IMG/VR virus record: IMGVR_UViG_3300025168_000065
Strand: one strand, 5' to 3'
Length of the DNA stretch: 20,000 nucleotides
From: an uncultured virus (IMG/VR IMGVR_UViG_3300025168_000065)
Taxonomy: Duplodnaviria; Heunggongvirae; Uroviricota; Caudoviricetes; Crassvirales
Position numbers and translations under genes: made by a program. This document shows positions 1 to 7,212 of this stretch, one piece after another. Position 1 is the stretch's first letter. Every line of letters starts with the position of its first letter. The notes beneath the pieces were generated by a model that saw only the letters and a program-made list of their open reading frames with translations, was not told where the DNA came from and did no database searches.

Positions 1-427
1 TAGCTGGCTTATCTACCGCTGTAACATTTCCGTTTTTAGCAGCCATCTGAACTATTAAATCCCCAGTTCCACCAACATATAATGAACATCCAATTGTTGG
101 CCTGTTATATATTGTAAAGCTATCCGTTGCACCACCTGTTGTTGCAGGTGTTAGCGATAATGCAGTATCACTATCTATATTTGTCACTGTGTAAGCAACA
201 TTAGTTGTTGTGTTATATACAATAGCACCTATATTTATTCCCGCTGTTGTAAATTTTGGGGCAGCTGGAGTAGCTATTGTTAATGCACCAGCAGTAAAAG
301 ATGCTGTTCCAACAGTCTGACCTGTAGTTGTGTCTAATACAACAACCGCTGATGGATCTGGAATAGGCACCGTTGTACTCGGTATTACCTTTAGACCTTC
401 ACTTATTTGTAGTTTTTGATATGCCAT
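1..427 (-). CDS. Virion structural protein, probable head spike-base/decoration family (partial, runs off window)
   Basis: Not in ORF track. Manual translation: MAYQKLQISEGLKVIPSTTVPIPDP...GCSLYVGGTGDLIVQMAAKNG...; Thr/Ala/Gly-rich. The LYVGGTGDLxV motif resembles RcGTA Rcc01079-like spike-base proteins. Confidence 0.65.
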   Translation of the reverse strand, partial: MAYQKLQISEGLKVIPSTTVPIPDPSAVVVLDTTTGQTVGTASFTAGALTIATPAAPKFTTAGINIGAIVYNTTTNVAYTVTNIDSDTALSLTPATTGGATDSFTIYNRPTIGCSLYVGGTGDLIVQMAAKNGNVTAVDKPA

Positions 428-432
428 TTTAT

Positions 433-609
433 TTATTTATTTTCGTAAGGAAACATTCTATTTAAAGTATCCTTTCTTTTATTACATCCGCAGTCACTAT
501 TAGTAGCCTTAGCTACAGTATCAACTACTTTTTTTATTCCTGTTGCTCTGGTGAACTTCTCTACTGAATCCCCTAAGCCTCTTGACTTATTAATTGCAGT
601 TCTTTTCAT
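433..609 (-). CDS. Conserved small phage protein (GLGD...TGIK...CGC..R...LN..FPY type), 58 aa
   Basis: Manual translation MKRTAINKSRGLGDSVEKFTRATGIKKVVDTVAKATNSDCGCNKRKDTLNRMFPYENK; start is coupled to upstream stop (TAATG). Confidence 0.8.
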   Translation of the reverse strand: MKRTAINKSRGLGDSVEKFTRATGIKKVVDTVAKATNSDCGCNKRKDTLNRMFPYENK

Positions 610-713
610 TATGATTTACAACATTTTCCTGATTCACAACAACACTCACACCAATTAAAACATACTAATCCAAAAGTTATAGCCTCAACCCATTTGCATA
701 TTCTTGCTTTCAT
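609..713 (-). CDS. Cys-rich micro-protein, 34 aa
   Basis: MKARICKWVEAITFGLVCFNWCECCCESGKCCKS; fills the gap between neighbours exactly, with TAATG overlap into the next gene. Confidence 0.65.
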   Translation of the reverse strand: MKARICKWVEAITFGLVCFNWCECCCESGKCCKS

Positions 714-716
714 AAT

Positions 717-914
717 TTATTTTGTTTTACATCCAAAGTTGTTAGCGTAGTTTGCCATCTTTACTACTTTTTCAGAATACTTTTTAGTATTCTTCATTAC
801 AGCAGAAGCTCCACTACAAGCATCTTTGAATCCATTATTCTTAGCCCATTTAGTAAAAGCTCCTTGTCTGGATTCTTTTATTGCTGGGAATTTCTTTTTA
901 GTTCTACCTGCCAT
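717..914 (-). CDS. Small basic hypothetical phage protein
   Basis: ORF track; tightly packed with neighbours; Lys-rich with GAFTKWAK motif. Confidence 0.75.
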   Translation of the reverse strand: MAGRTKKKFPAIKESRQGAFTKWAKNNGFKDACSGASAVMKNTKKYSEKVVKMANYANNFGCKTK

Positions 915-1120
915 TATTTTCTAATTGCAGATCCGATCTTTTTCTTTACGTTGTTGATACACTCGTAAGACATATTGTGATCTCCACCGTATGCATGACC
1001 GTAATCTTTTTTAGACATAGCTTTAGACTCATCTCTTCTGTCTTTCATAGACTGAGACTTCTTTCCGTTCTTAGCTCCTAATGACTCATCAAGTCTTGAA
1101 TTGTAACCTTGCTTTTTCAT
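914..1120 (-). CDS. Small basic hypothetical phage protein
   Basis: ORF track; 1-nt stop/start overlap with the downstream gene. Confidence 0.75.
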   Translation of the reverse strand: MKKQGYNSRLDESLGAKNGKKSQSMKDRRDESKAMSKKDYGHAYGGDHNMSYECINNVKKKIGSAIRK

Positions 1121-1122
1121 AA

Positions 1123-1518
1123 TTATTTTTTCTTTTTAATTTTATTACCATGTTTGTCTCTACCCATTTCCTTAAACCTTGGATCATCATAGATATAAGT
1201 CTTTGTTTTAGAATTTCCAAAACCTGAAGCATTAGATTTTGGCTTTAAAGATTTTACATCACTTTCTAATTTATCTCTTTTTTCCTTGAGCTTAATATAT
1301 TTTCTTGTATTACGAGCTGTTTTAGATAATCCTTTAGTCTTGTCGTAGTCAATCTTTTTCTTTCCAGAATCATGGTCAGCTTGTTTTTTCTTTATTTTCT
1401 CATTTACCTTAGCAATCCTTTTAGTTTTTCTTTTTATTTTTCTTGCAGTTCTTCTTTCTTTACCATCAAACTCAGATGTCGATAATGGTTGTGATAGATT
1501 TCTTCTTATGGGTGCCAT
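1123..1518 (-). CDS. Lys/Arg-rich hypothetical protein
   Basis: ORF track; A-rich leader and TATCTTTG promoter at 1540-1547. Confidence 0.75.
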   Translation of the reverse strand: MAPIRRNLSQPLSTSEFDGKERRTARKIKRKTKRIAKVNEKIKKKQADHDSGKKKIDYDKTKGLSKTARNTRKYIKLKEKRDKLESDVKSLKPKSNASGFGNSKTKTYIYDDPRFKEMGRDKHGNKIKKKK

Positions 1519-1539
1519 AATTTATTTTTTAATTCTTTA

Positions 1540-1547
1540 CAAAGATA
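1540..1547 (-). promoter_or_regulatory. Bacteroidota-type -7 promoter element TATCTTTG
   Basis: caaagata on + strand, about 20 nt upstream of ATG 1518; matches TAnnTTTG. Confidence 0.7.
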
Positions 1548-1561
1548 GTTATTTTATTTAT

Positions 1562-2221
1562 TTAATTCCAAGTTGTGTCATATCTCTTGAGACCCGTTTG
1601 AGCTTGCATTCTTTTCTTTCTGTTAGCACGCTTAGTAGCTCTACGCTTTTGATTAGACATTCTTGTGTTAGATCTTTTTTCTTTTCTTTCTGTTTGAGCT
1701 TGAATTTTTTCAGCTTTTTTATCTCCTCTTTTTTGAACTCTCTCTGGTCTTGCTTTTATTTTTTGACCTTTTGCCTCTAACTTGGCATTAAGCTTAGCCT
1801 TTCTTTCTTTAAGCTCGTTTCTTTTGTCAATTAATTTATTTCTTTTTTTACCTATTGGAGCATTATTTATATTCTCTTGATTTGCTTTTAATTTTGCTTT
1901 AAATGAAGCGTCTTTCTTTTTTTGCTTTTCCTGAAGTCTGCTTGATTTTTTATTAGCAGTCTCTTTAGCTTTTTCTACTTTCTTCTTAGTCTTGCCTATA
2001 TTCTTCTGACCCTTAGTTTCCTGCTTTGCAGTAATATTAGCCAACCTTTCTTTATTTTTCTTTTCAGCTAAAGCTTTTTTGTTTGCCGCTTTTATGTCAG
2101 CCTCTGATCTTTTCTTCTTGTTAGACTCTTTCTTTAAAGTAGCTTTAGATTTAACAGTAGTTTTCTTTTTTGTAATAGCCTTACTAAAAGGCTTTTTATA
2201 TTTTTTCTTAGGATCTGGCAT
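1562..2221 (-). CDS. Extremely Lys-rich, histone H1-like low-complexity protein
   Basis: ORF track 1562..2254; start moved to MPDPKKK (2221) because the promoter at 2244-2251 lies within the longer version. Confidence 0.75.
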   Translation of the reverse strand: MPDPKKKYKKPFSKAITKKKTTVKSKATLKKESNKKKRSEADIKAANKKALAEKKNKERLANITAKQETKGQKNIGKTKKKVEKAKETANKKSSRLQEKQKKKDASFKAKLKANQENINNAPIGKKRNKLIDKRNELKERKAKLNAKLEAKGQKIKARPERVQKRGDKKAEKIQAQTERKEKRSNTRMSNQKRRATKRANRKKRMQAQTGLKRYDTTWN

Positions 2222-2229
2222 AATTTTAT

Positions 2230-2251
2230 TACTTTTGTTCTTGCAAAGATA
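2230..2251. promoter_or_regulatory. Overlapping divergent promoters: TACTTTTG (+, 2230-2237) and TATCTTTG (-, 2244-2251)
   Basis: Two TAnnTTTG matches in a 43-bp gap between divergent ATGs at 2221 and 2265. Confidence 0.65.
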
Positions 2252-2264
2252 CAAATTAAATTTA

Positions 2265-2729
2265 ATGCCAAATATAGTAAGAAAGAACTACGATAGGATT
2301 CAACCCTCACACGATTATATGAAGTACTGGAGGGTGATAAGGTACTGGGCTAAAGCCAAGTATAAGATCGGAACCCCCGATATAGACATGCTATTCTTCC
2401 TATATAGCGAACAAATATTTAATAAAAGTAAGTTTAAAGAGTTTGAAGAGTGTATGTCATGGGATGAACCCAGGTTTCATAGGCTCCTGAAAGAAGGATG
2501 GATACATGTATGGCGTAAGCGCACAGGCAATGAGACAACACTATACGAGCTTTCTTATCAAGGTAAAAGACTTGTAAACACTATATACAAAAAATTAAAT
2601 GGAGATGAGATTGCAGAAAACCCAAAGAACAACCCTCTGTTTAGACATGACGCCTCTTACATGGATAAGATTTACCGTAATATGATATTAGAGATGAATC
2701 AGTTTATAAAACAAGAAAAGCTTAAGTAG
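2265..2729 (+). CDS. Winged helix-turn-helix (MarR-like) DNA-binding protein
   Basis: True start likely MPNIVRK at 2265. Pattern DIDMLFFLY...FHRLLKEGWIHVWRKR...TLYELSYQGKRLV fits a wHTH recognition helix, wing and C-terminal helix. Confidence 0.6.
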   Translation: MPNIVRKNYDRIQPSHDYMKYWRVIRYWAKAKYKIGTPDIDMLFFLYSEQIFNKSKFKEFEECMSWDEPRFHRLLKEGWIHVWRKRTGNETTLYELSYQGKRLVNTIYKKLNGDEIAENPKNNPLFRHDASYMDKIYRNMILEMNQFIKQEKLK

Positions 2730-3207
2730 ACTTTGCTTGGATTACAATCCACTGCACACCATCAGACCAAACAGCACATCCATTGTATGATTTATTAATT
2801 TCATAAAAAGACGCTCCATCAATAGTCTCCGATCCTGGTGCTGTTATGTGAATTTTTTCAGAAGCAGTAACAGAGCTATTATTTACAAATCGTATTTTTC
2901 GATAAGGAATAGCTGCAGCACTTGGAAGTATAAATTCATATGTACCTGATCCTCCACCCCCTACCCAAGAAAAATCAACTATATTGTTTGAAGCTGTATA
3001 TGTATCGCTACCAGCAGGAGATGCTTCTTGAAAGTAAGGAACAAGTCTGATAATTTGAGTGTCCTCAATAATAATGTTTATAGCAGCTGCTAACTCCTCA
3101 ATTGTATAAGCGTCCCTCCAGCTATTGGCTAAATAAGACCCTTTGTTTGTTGTTTCTATTGAAGTGTCTACTCCATGAAATTTAGTTCCTGCAGGTATTG
3201 AACTCAT
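2722..3207 (-). CDS. Probable virion structural protein (fiber/baseplate-like C-terminal beta domain)
   Basis: ILPSA...IRFVN...GSETIDG...VWSDGVQWIV is a pattern common in phage fiber/decoration domains. Confidence 0.6.
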   Translation of the reverse strand: MSSIPAGTKFHGVDTSIETTNKGSYLANSWRDAYTIEELAAAINIIIEDTQIIRLVPYFQEASPAGSDTYTASNNIVDFSWVGGGGSGTYEFILPSAAAIPYRKIRFVNNSSVTASEKIHITAPGSETIDGASFYEINKSYNGCAVWSDGVQWIVIQAKST

Positions 3208-3212
3208 AGGAA

Positions 3213-3220
3213 CAAAGATA
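3213..3220 (-). promoter_or_regulatory. TATCTTTG promoter, probably giving a leaderless mRNA
   Basis: caaagata ends only 5 nt before ATG 3207. Confidence 0.6.
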
Positions 3221-3230
3221 CAAAATAATA

Positions 3231-3488
3231 TTACACAACTACAACAACATCCCTCTCCTGAATAACAGCGTAGGGATTGTCCTCTATTAACATCTCATGA
3301 CCTGCAGCTCCGTCATAGTAAATAATATCTCCAGAGTTAATTACACTCACATCAGTACCAGCCTTTACAACCTCACCCTTCTTGTACCTAAACCCAGAAG
3401 CATCTTGAGCAGATAATAAAAGACCTGACTCAGTTTTTAACTCTTCTTTTATTTTTTTTATTACTATGTACTTTCCTATTGGCTTCAT
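3231..3488 (-). CDS. groES: Co-chaperonin GroES (Cpn10)
   Basis: MKPIGKYIVIK...KTESGLLL...GEVVKAG...GDIIYY...VIQERDVV; adjacent to groEL. Confidence 0.93.
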   Translation of the reverse strand: MKPIGKYIVIKKIKEELKTESGLLLSAQDASGFRYKKGEVVKAGTDVSVINSGDIIYYDGAAGHEMLIEDNPYAVIQERDVVVVV

Positions 3489-3553
3489 ATTGTTTTATGT
3501 TTTCAATTAATTTTTTATCAGAGTCCTCCTTTAAAAATAATGATCTTATAAGC

Positions 3554-5149
3554 TTAATCATCTTTCCCTGCTCTGGCGTGCGTTATAATTGCATTGGTAG
3601 TAAGGATAGTCGTAGCTACACTTATTGCATTAGAGAGCGCCTGACAGGTAACCTTAGCTGGATCAATAACCCCCATCTTAAACATATCTCCCCACTCCCC
3701 TGTCTTTACATTCAATCCTTCATTATTAGCATCATACATAAGCTTTTCGTTATCATCTTCAGATAACTCTAAGCCTGCATTAGAATATATTTGCAACAAA
3801 GGCGCTCGAAGTGCTGTCGCTAAAATCTTACCTGCAATCTTATAGTTCATATCTTCAGCGAATGTAGCTTTTTTATAAAGCGCTACACCTCCCCCTGCTA
3901 CTATCCCTTCCTGTAGTGCGGACCGCACTGCACAGACAGAGTCATCGACTCTGTCGAATTTTTCTTTTTGCTCAATATCAGAGGTAGCTCCAACGTAAAT
4001 ACATCCTATACCACCAACCAAAGATGCGATACGCTCGTTCACAAAGTCTCTCTCGTGCTTAGCAGTTAGTGTTTCTTGCTGTAGTCTAAGCTCTGTCACC
4101 CTGTTCATAGTCTCCTTAGTAATCTCGCCGTTCTTAATTATTATGGCATTGTCTTTCCCTACAATAATTTTATCTGCATACCCTAAGTCCTCAGGTCTAA
4201 TCAATGATAAATCATCTCCAGTCTTTTCTGAAAAGTATTTAGCACCTACTGAGAACGCAATGTCCTGCATTAACTCATGAGACTTGTAGCCGAATGATGG
4301 CACCATGATATTACAAAACTTTAAACCATTACGCTGAACGTTAGCCGCCATAGTATTAATAACATTCTGAGAGCAGTTCCCTATGATAAGAAGCTTCTCT
4401 CCAGCATTAATAATTGGTTTAAGTACATTCTCAATCTGAAGTATGTTGGTTATCTCTGTATCACACAGCAAAACCTTAACACCCTCCATAATACACTCGT
4501 CCTTTCTCTGGTCATTAATAAACATCGTAGAGGTATAACCCCTATCAACCTTTATCCCGTTAGTAACCTCAGAATATGTTTTGTCAGTTTGAGATCTCTC
4601 AACCGTTACAATACCATCCCTACCAACTTCCTTGTAGGCCTCAGCTATAATCTTACCGATCTCTGGATCATTATTAGCAGAGATAGTCGCAATATCCTCC
4701 AGCATATCATCAGTAACTGGGATTGCTCTTTCTTTAATCTCGTCTAAAATAGCTTCTCCCTGCCATCTAATATCTCTAACTATCTCTATGGTATTATCAC
4801 CCTCCTTAATATACTTCTGACCCGCCTTTACTAAAGCCTCCGTCAAAACAATAGCCGTAGTTGTTCCATCACCAGCTACATTAGCCGTCTTCTCCGAAGC
4901 TTGCTTCATCATCCTAACCGCTAAGTTCTCTACAGGATCAATAAGAAATATACTCTTAGCCACAGTAACACCATCCTTAGTCACTGTTAACCCCTGAGTA
5001 TGCTGGGTCGATTCAATTAAAACAGTCTGACCCTGAGGCCCCAATGTTGACTTAACCGCATTAGATATTTTTGAGATTCCCGATATTAGTTTTGTTCTTG
5101 CCTGCTCATCAAACGACAGGTCTTTTGGAATGTATCCTTGTTCTTGCAT
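3554..5149 (-). CDS. groEL: Chaperonin GroEL (Cpn60), phage-encoded
   Basis: TLGPQG, TKDGVTVAK, AGDGTTTA, TISANND, EGIVAGGG and GVIDPAKV motifs; no GGM tail. Confidence 0.97.
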   Translation of the reverse strand: MQEQGYIPKDLSFDEQARTKLISGISKISNAVKSTLGPQGQTVLIESTQHTQGLTVTKDGVTVAKSIFLIDPVENLAVRMMKQASEKTANVAGDGTTTAIVLTEALVKAGQKYIKEGDNTIEIVRDIRWQGEAILDEIKERAIPVTDDMLEDIATISANNDPEIGKIIAEAYKEVGRDGIVTVERSQTDKTYSEVTNGIKVDRGYTSTMFINDQRKDECIMEGVKVLLCDTEITNILQIENVLKPIINAGEKLLIIGNCSQNVINTMAANVQRNGLKFCNIMVPSFGYKSHELMQDIAFSVGAKYFSEKTGDDLSLIRPEDLGYADKIIVGKDNAIIIKNGEITKETMNRVTELRLQQETLTAKHERDFVNERIASLVGGIGCIYVGATSDIEQKEKFDRVDDSVCAVRSALQEGIVAGGGVALYKKATFAEDMNYKIAGKILATALRAPLLQIYSNAGLELSEDDNEKLMYDANNEGLNVKTGEWGDMFKMGVIDPAKVTCQALSNAISVATTILTTNAIITHARAGKDD

Positions 5150-5182
5150 CTTGTTGTGTATTTGATTAAAATTAATTTAAAG

Positions 5183-5190
5183 CAAAGATA
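5183..5190 (-). promoter_or_regulatory. TATCTTTG promoter for groEL-groES
   Basis: caaagata about 33 nt upstream of ATG 5149. Confidence 0.7.
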
Positions 5191-5208
5191 CTAAAAATAA
5201 ATAAACAC

Positions 5209-5392
5209 TATGACAACATTTTAAGTTTTTACTTTCTATTTGTTATATATATATTTATTATTATTATTATTATTTATTATTATATATTTTAGACTTAAAG
5301 TCGTCATCTTGTCATAAATAAATATAATATATTGAAAATCAATTAGTTAGGCCCATGACGACTTTTTTTAAAGTCATCATAACTATGACGAG
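5209..5392. repeat. ATGAC(G/A)A repeat cluster around an AT-rich spacer (origin-like locus A)
   Basis: tatgacaac 5209-5217; aagtcgtcatcttgtcata 5298-5316; atgacgactt 5355-5364; aaagtcatcat 5370-5380; tatgacgag 5384-5392; almost pure A/T spacer 5218-5297. Confidence 0.7.
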
Positions 5393-5407
5393 TCTTGAAA
5401 TATTATT

Positions 5408-5440
5408 AAAAAAAAGAGGTAGACCATAAGCCTACCCCTC
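5408..5440 (-). terminator. Intrinsic terminator
   Basis: Minus strand GAGGGGTAGG-CTTATG-GTCTACCTC-T8, downstream of ORF 5468. Confidence 0.7.
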
Positions 5441-5467
5441 TCACACAACAGAACAAATAAGAAATCT

Positions 5468-5665
5468 TTAGAAGTCTAACTGCCTCCAATTCTTTTTATT
5501 TTCCGCTAACTCAATACCCTCAGCTATACGGTTTATCTTACGATCATTCTTAACCGAACGCTTAATACGAGAAGCCTGAGCTATACCCGTCTCACCATCT
5601 CTACGCTCATTTATAAGTCTTCCGTTCTTTACATATAACCCATCTACATAATCCATTTTTTTCAT
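5468..5665 (-). CDS. Small basic hypothetical protein
   Basis: ORF track; likely start MKKMDY at 5665; TATCTTTG promoter at 5684-5691. Confidence 0.7.
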   Translation of the reverse strand: MKKMDYVDGLYVKNGRLINERRDGETGIAQASRIKRSVKNDRKINRIAEGIELAENKKNWRQLDF

Positions 5666-5683
5666 AGTGCTTTTTATTTTTAA

Positions 5684-5691
5684 CAAAGATA
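5684..5691 (-). promoter_or_regulatory. TATCTTTG promoter
   Basis: caaagata; fifth identical copy upstream of a minus-strand gene. Confidence 0.7.
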
Positions 5692-6128
5692 TAAAATTTT
5701 TTTAGATGTCTCGGGGTTGAGGGTTATTATACGTTATACGCACACACATTGCCTCAGGAAATAGATTTCAAAAAGCACCCCCCCCATGACGATTTGGAAA
5801 TTTTCACCCCAACTTTTTGACGTTTTTGTATGAGCTTCCCGTATGCCGTAGGGATTCCCCTTGTACACTACCTCTATCCCTACCTTACACTCCTGTTGTA
5901 CTCTTAATGTCTACGATTACACCAATACCTTCCCCTCTTTGCAAGGGATAAAAGAGAATATATCTTTAGTTAGATAAAGAGAGATGTCTCTTAATCCCAT
6001 CCCCATCCCCAAAATACCTAAACATATCAACAAATCAATAGATCATTTCGAAAGCACGTAAGATGCTGATAATCAGTTAGTTTCATTTCATTTCATTTAT
6101 GGAACAAGATATTCTTTTGAATTTATAG

Positions 6129-6158
6129 TTGACAATCCAATTATTTATAGTATATTTG
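6129..6158 (+). promoter_or_regulatory. Promoter of the early-type gene cluster (TTG-N19-TATATTTG)
   Basis: TTG at 6129-6131 and TATATTTG at 6151-6158; Bacteroidota -33/-7 arrangement. Confidence 0.75.
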
Positions 6159-6200
6159 TACAGAATTTAAACAATTAATAACTTAAAAGACACACACAAA

Positions 6201-6347
6201 ATGGAACAAAGAGTAGAGTACATTAGACAAGAAATCAGAGTATTGAATCAAGCATTAACATTAGTAAATGAGATAGATTCTCTTTACATTAAAGAAATGA
6301 TAAAAGAAAAGGAAAAATACATTCGCCTGATGAGAATGCAAGACTAA
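6201..6347 (+). CDS. Small helical hypothetical protein, 48 aa
   Basis: Not in track. MEQRVEYIRQEIRVLNQALTLVNEIDSLYIKEMIKEKEKYIRLMRMQD; preceded by the ACACACACAAA leader. Confidence 0.75.
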   Translation: MEQRVEYIRQEIRVLNQALTLVNEIDSLYIKEMIKEKEKYIRLMRMQD

Positions 6348-6356
6348 ACCTCACCA

Positions 6357-6419
6357 ACTACCGAATGGCTCGTACTGAATTAAGTACGGGCTTTTCGTAG
6401 TAGAGGGATATTCCTCGCA
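6357..6419 (+). ncRNA. Structured intergenic RNA motif, copy 1 (long interrupted stem plus GAGG/CCUC hairpin)
   Basis: actac-c-gaa/ttcgtagt outer stem; gctcgtact/agtacgggc inner stem; gagg-gatatt-cctc hairpin; paralog at 7993-8053. Confidence 0.65.
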
Positions 6420-6438
6420 AGATTAAAACACACACAAA

Positions 6439-6921
6439 ATGAATAAGCAACAAGAAGAATTAGCAATGAGATTAGATTTAAAAACACCATACAAATGGGT
6501 AATGGATAATCTAATTCCAAACCAATCATCTGATGTACAAGAGAGATGGAAGATAATGAGTAAAATGGTAGAATTGAATCAGGAATGGGTAGAGGAAGTA
6601 GTAAACAATGGAGATTTAAAGTTATCTGAAGTATTGCATGACTTTAGAGGTATCTACTCAGAGGATGAGCATTTCGTACCAAGAATATCTACTGAAGTTT
6701 CTGATGATAGGGTTAACGGATACACTAACCTTCAAACCTACCGATTATGTTTAGTATTAGATAACGAGCAAGTAGTACCTAATCCCTTAACAAGATTCTT
6801 AGAGTTAGTACAAGAGAATGAGTTTGAATCTAATGATATTGATATTATCAATTGGAATGAGGTAATTGAGAGATACTCTGATAGCATTCTTTTAGAGCAT
6901 TCGTTTTACGCAAACAAATAA
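6439..6921 (+). CDS. Hypothetical early protein; C-terminal half has an NG(Y/W)TNxxT...LxLDNE motif seen in small phage proteins
   Basis: ORF track; ACACACACAAA leader. Confidence 0.75.
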   Translation: MNKQQEELAMRLDLKTPYKWVMDNLIPNQSSDVQERWKIMSKMVELNQEWVEEVVNNGDLKLSEVLHDFRGIYSEDEHFVPRISTEVSDDRVNGYTNLQTYRLCLVLDNEQVVPNPLTRFLELVQENEFESNDIDIINWNEVIERYSDSILLEHSFYANK

Positions 6922-6975
6922 GATACTCTGATGAGGACTCAGTGTCCGAAACACTACGCAAGTAGTGTCAGTATC
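6922..6975 (+). ncRNA. Hammerhead ribozyme, type I (HH1); predicted cleavage after C6969
   Basis: GAUACU-CUGAUGA-GGAC(UCAGU)GUCC-GAAA-CACUAC(GCAA)GUAGUG-UC-AGUAUC: complete core and three perfect stems. Confidence 0.95.
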
Positions 6976-7001
6976 ATAAGATACCAATTAACACACACAC
7001 A

Positions 7002-7211
7002 ATGACAACAAGCGAAAAAGCAGTAGAGGTACTTAAAACCAAGTACGGCATAGATGCAAGAATCTATAAGGACAATGTATACTTAGCAGTATGGAATGAT
7101 GACTTATCCGACACCATAGATGTTGAAGCGTCTAAAGGACAAGTAGAAGATTGGGCATTAGAACATGACAAAGAATGTACTTGGTATGGAGAATATAAAG
7201 CAAAGCAATAG
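7002..7211 (+). CDS. Small acidic hypothetical protein bracketed by two hammerheads
   Basis: ORF track; ACACACACACA leader. Confidence 0.8.
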   Translation: MTTSEKAVEVLKTKYGIDARIYKDNVYLAVWNDDLSDTIDVEASKGQVEDWALEHDKECTWYGEYKAKQ

Positions 7212-7212
7212 A

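Noticed and set aside
1508..1780. + strand 90-aa hydrophobic ORF and the N-terminal extension 2079-2264 of the wHTH ORF
   Set aside because: Phe/Leu/Ser-rich shadows of Lys-rich minus-strand genes.
3479..3766. + strand ORF opposite groEL
   Set aside because: Antisense shadow of a confident gene.
6327..6365. CTGATGAG as a third hammerhead core
   Set aside because: No stem II followed by GAAA and no stem I partner; lies in coding sequence.
6368..6395. Simple intrinsic terminator
   Set aside because: The U-tract is only 4 nt, partly pairs in the outer stem, and is not kept in the paralog; attenuation is not fully excluded.
6701..6737. CTGATGAT + AGGGTTA/TAACCTT stem + CAAAC, hammerhead-like
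   Set aside because: Catalytic G12 is replaced by C, stems I and III are missing, and it encodes the NGYTN protein motif.
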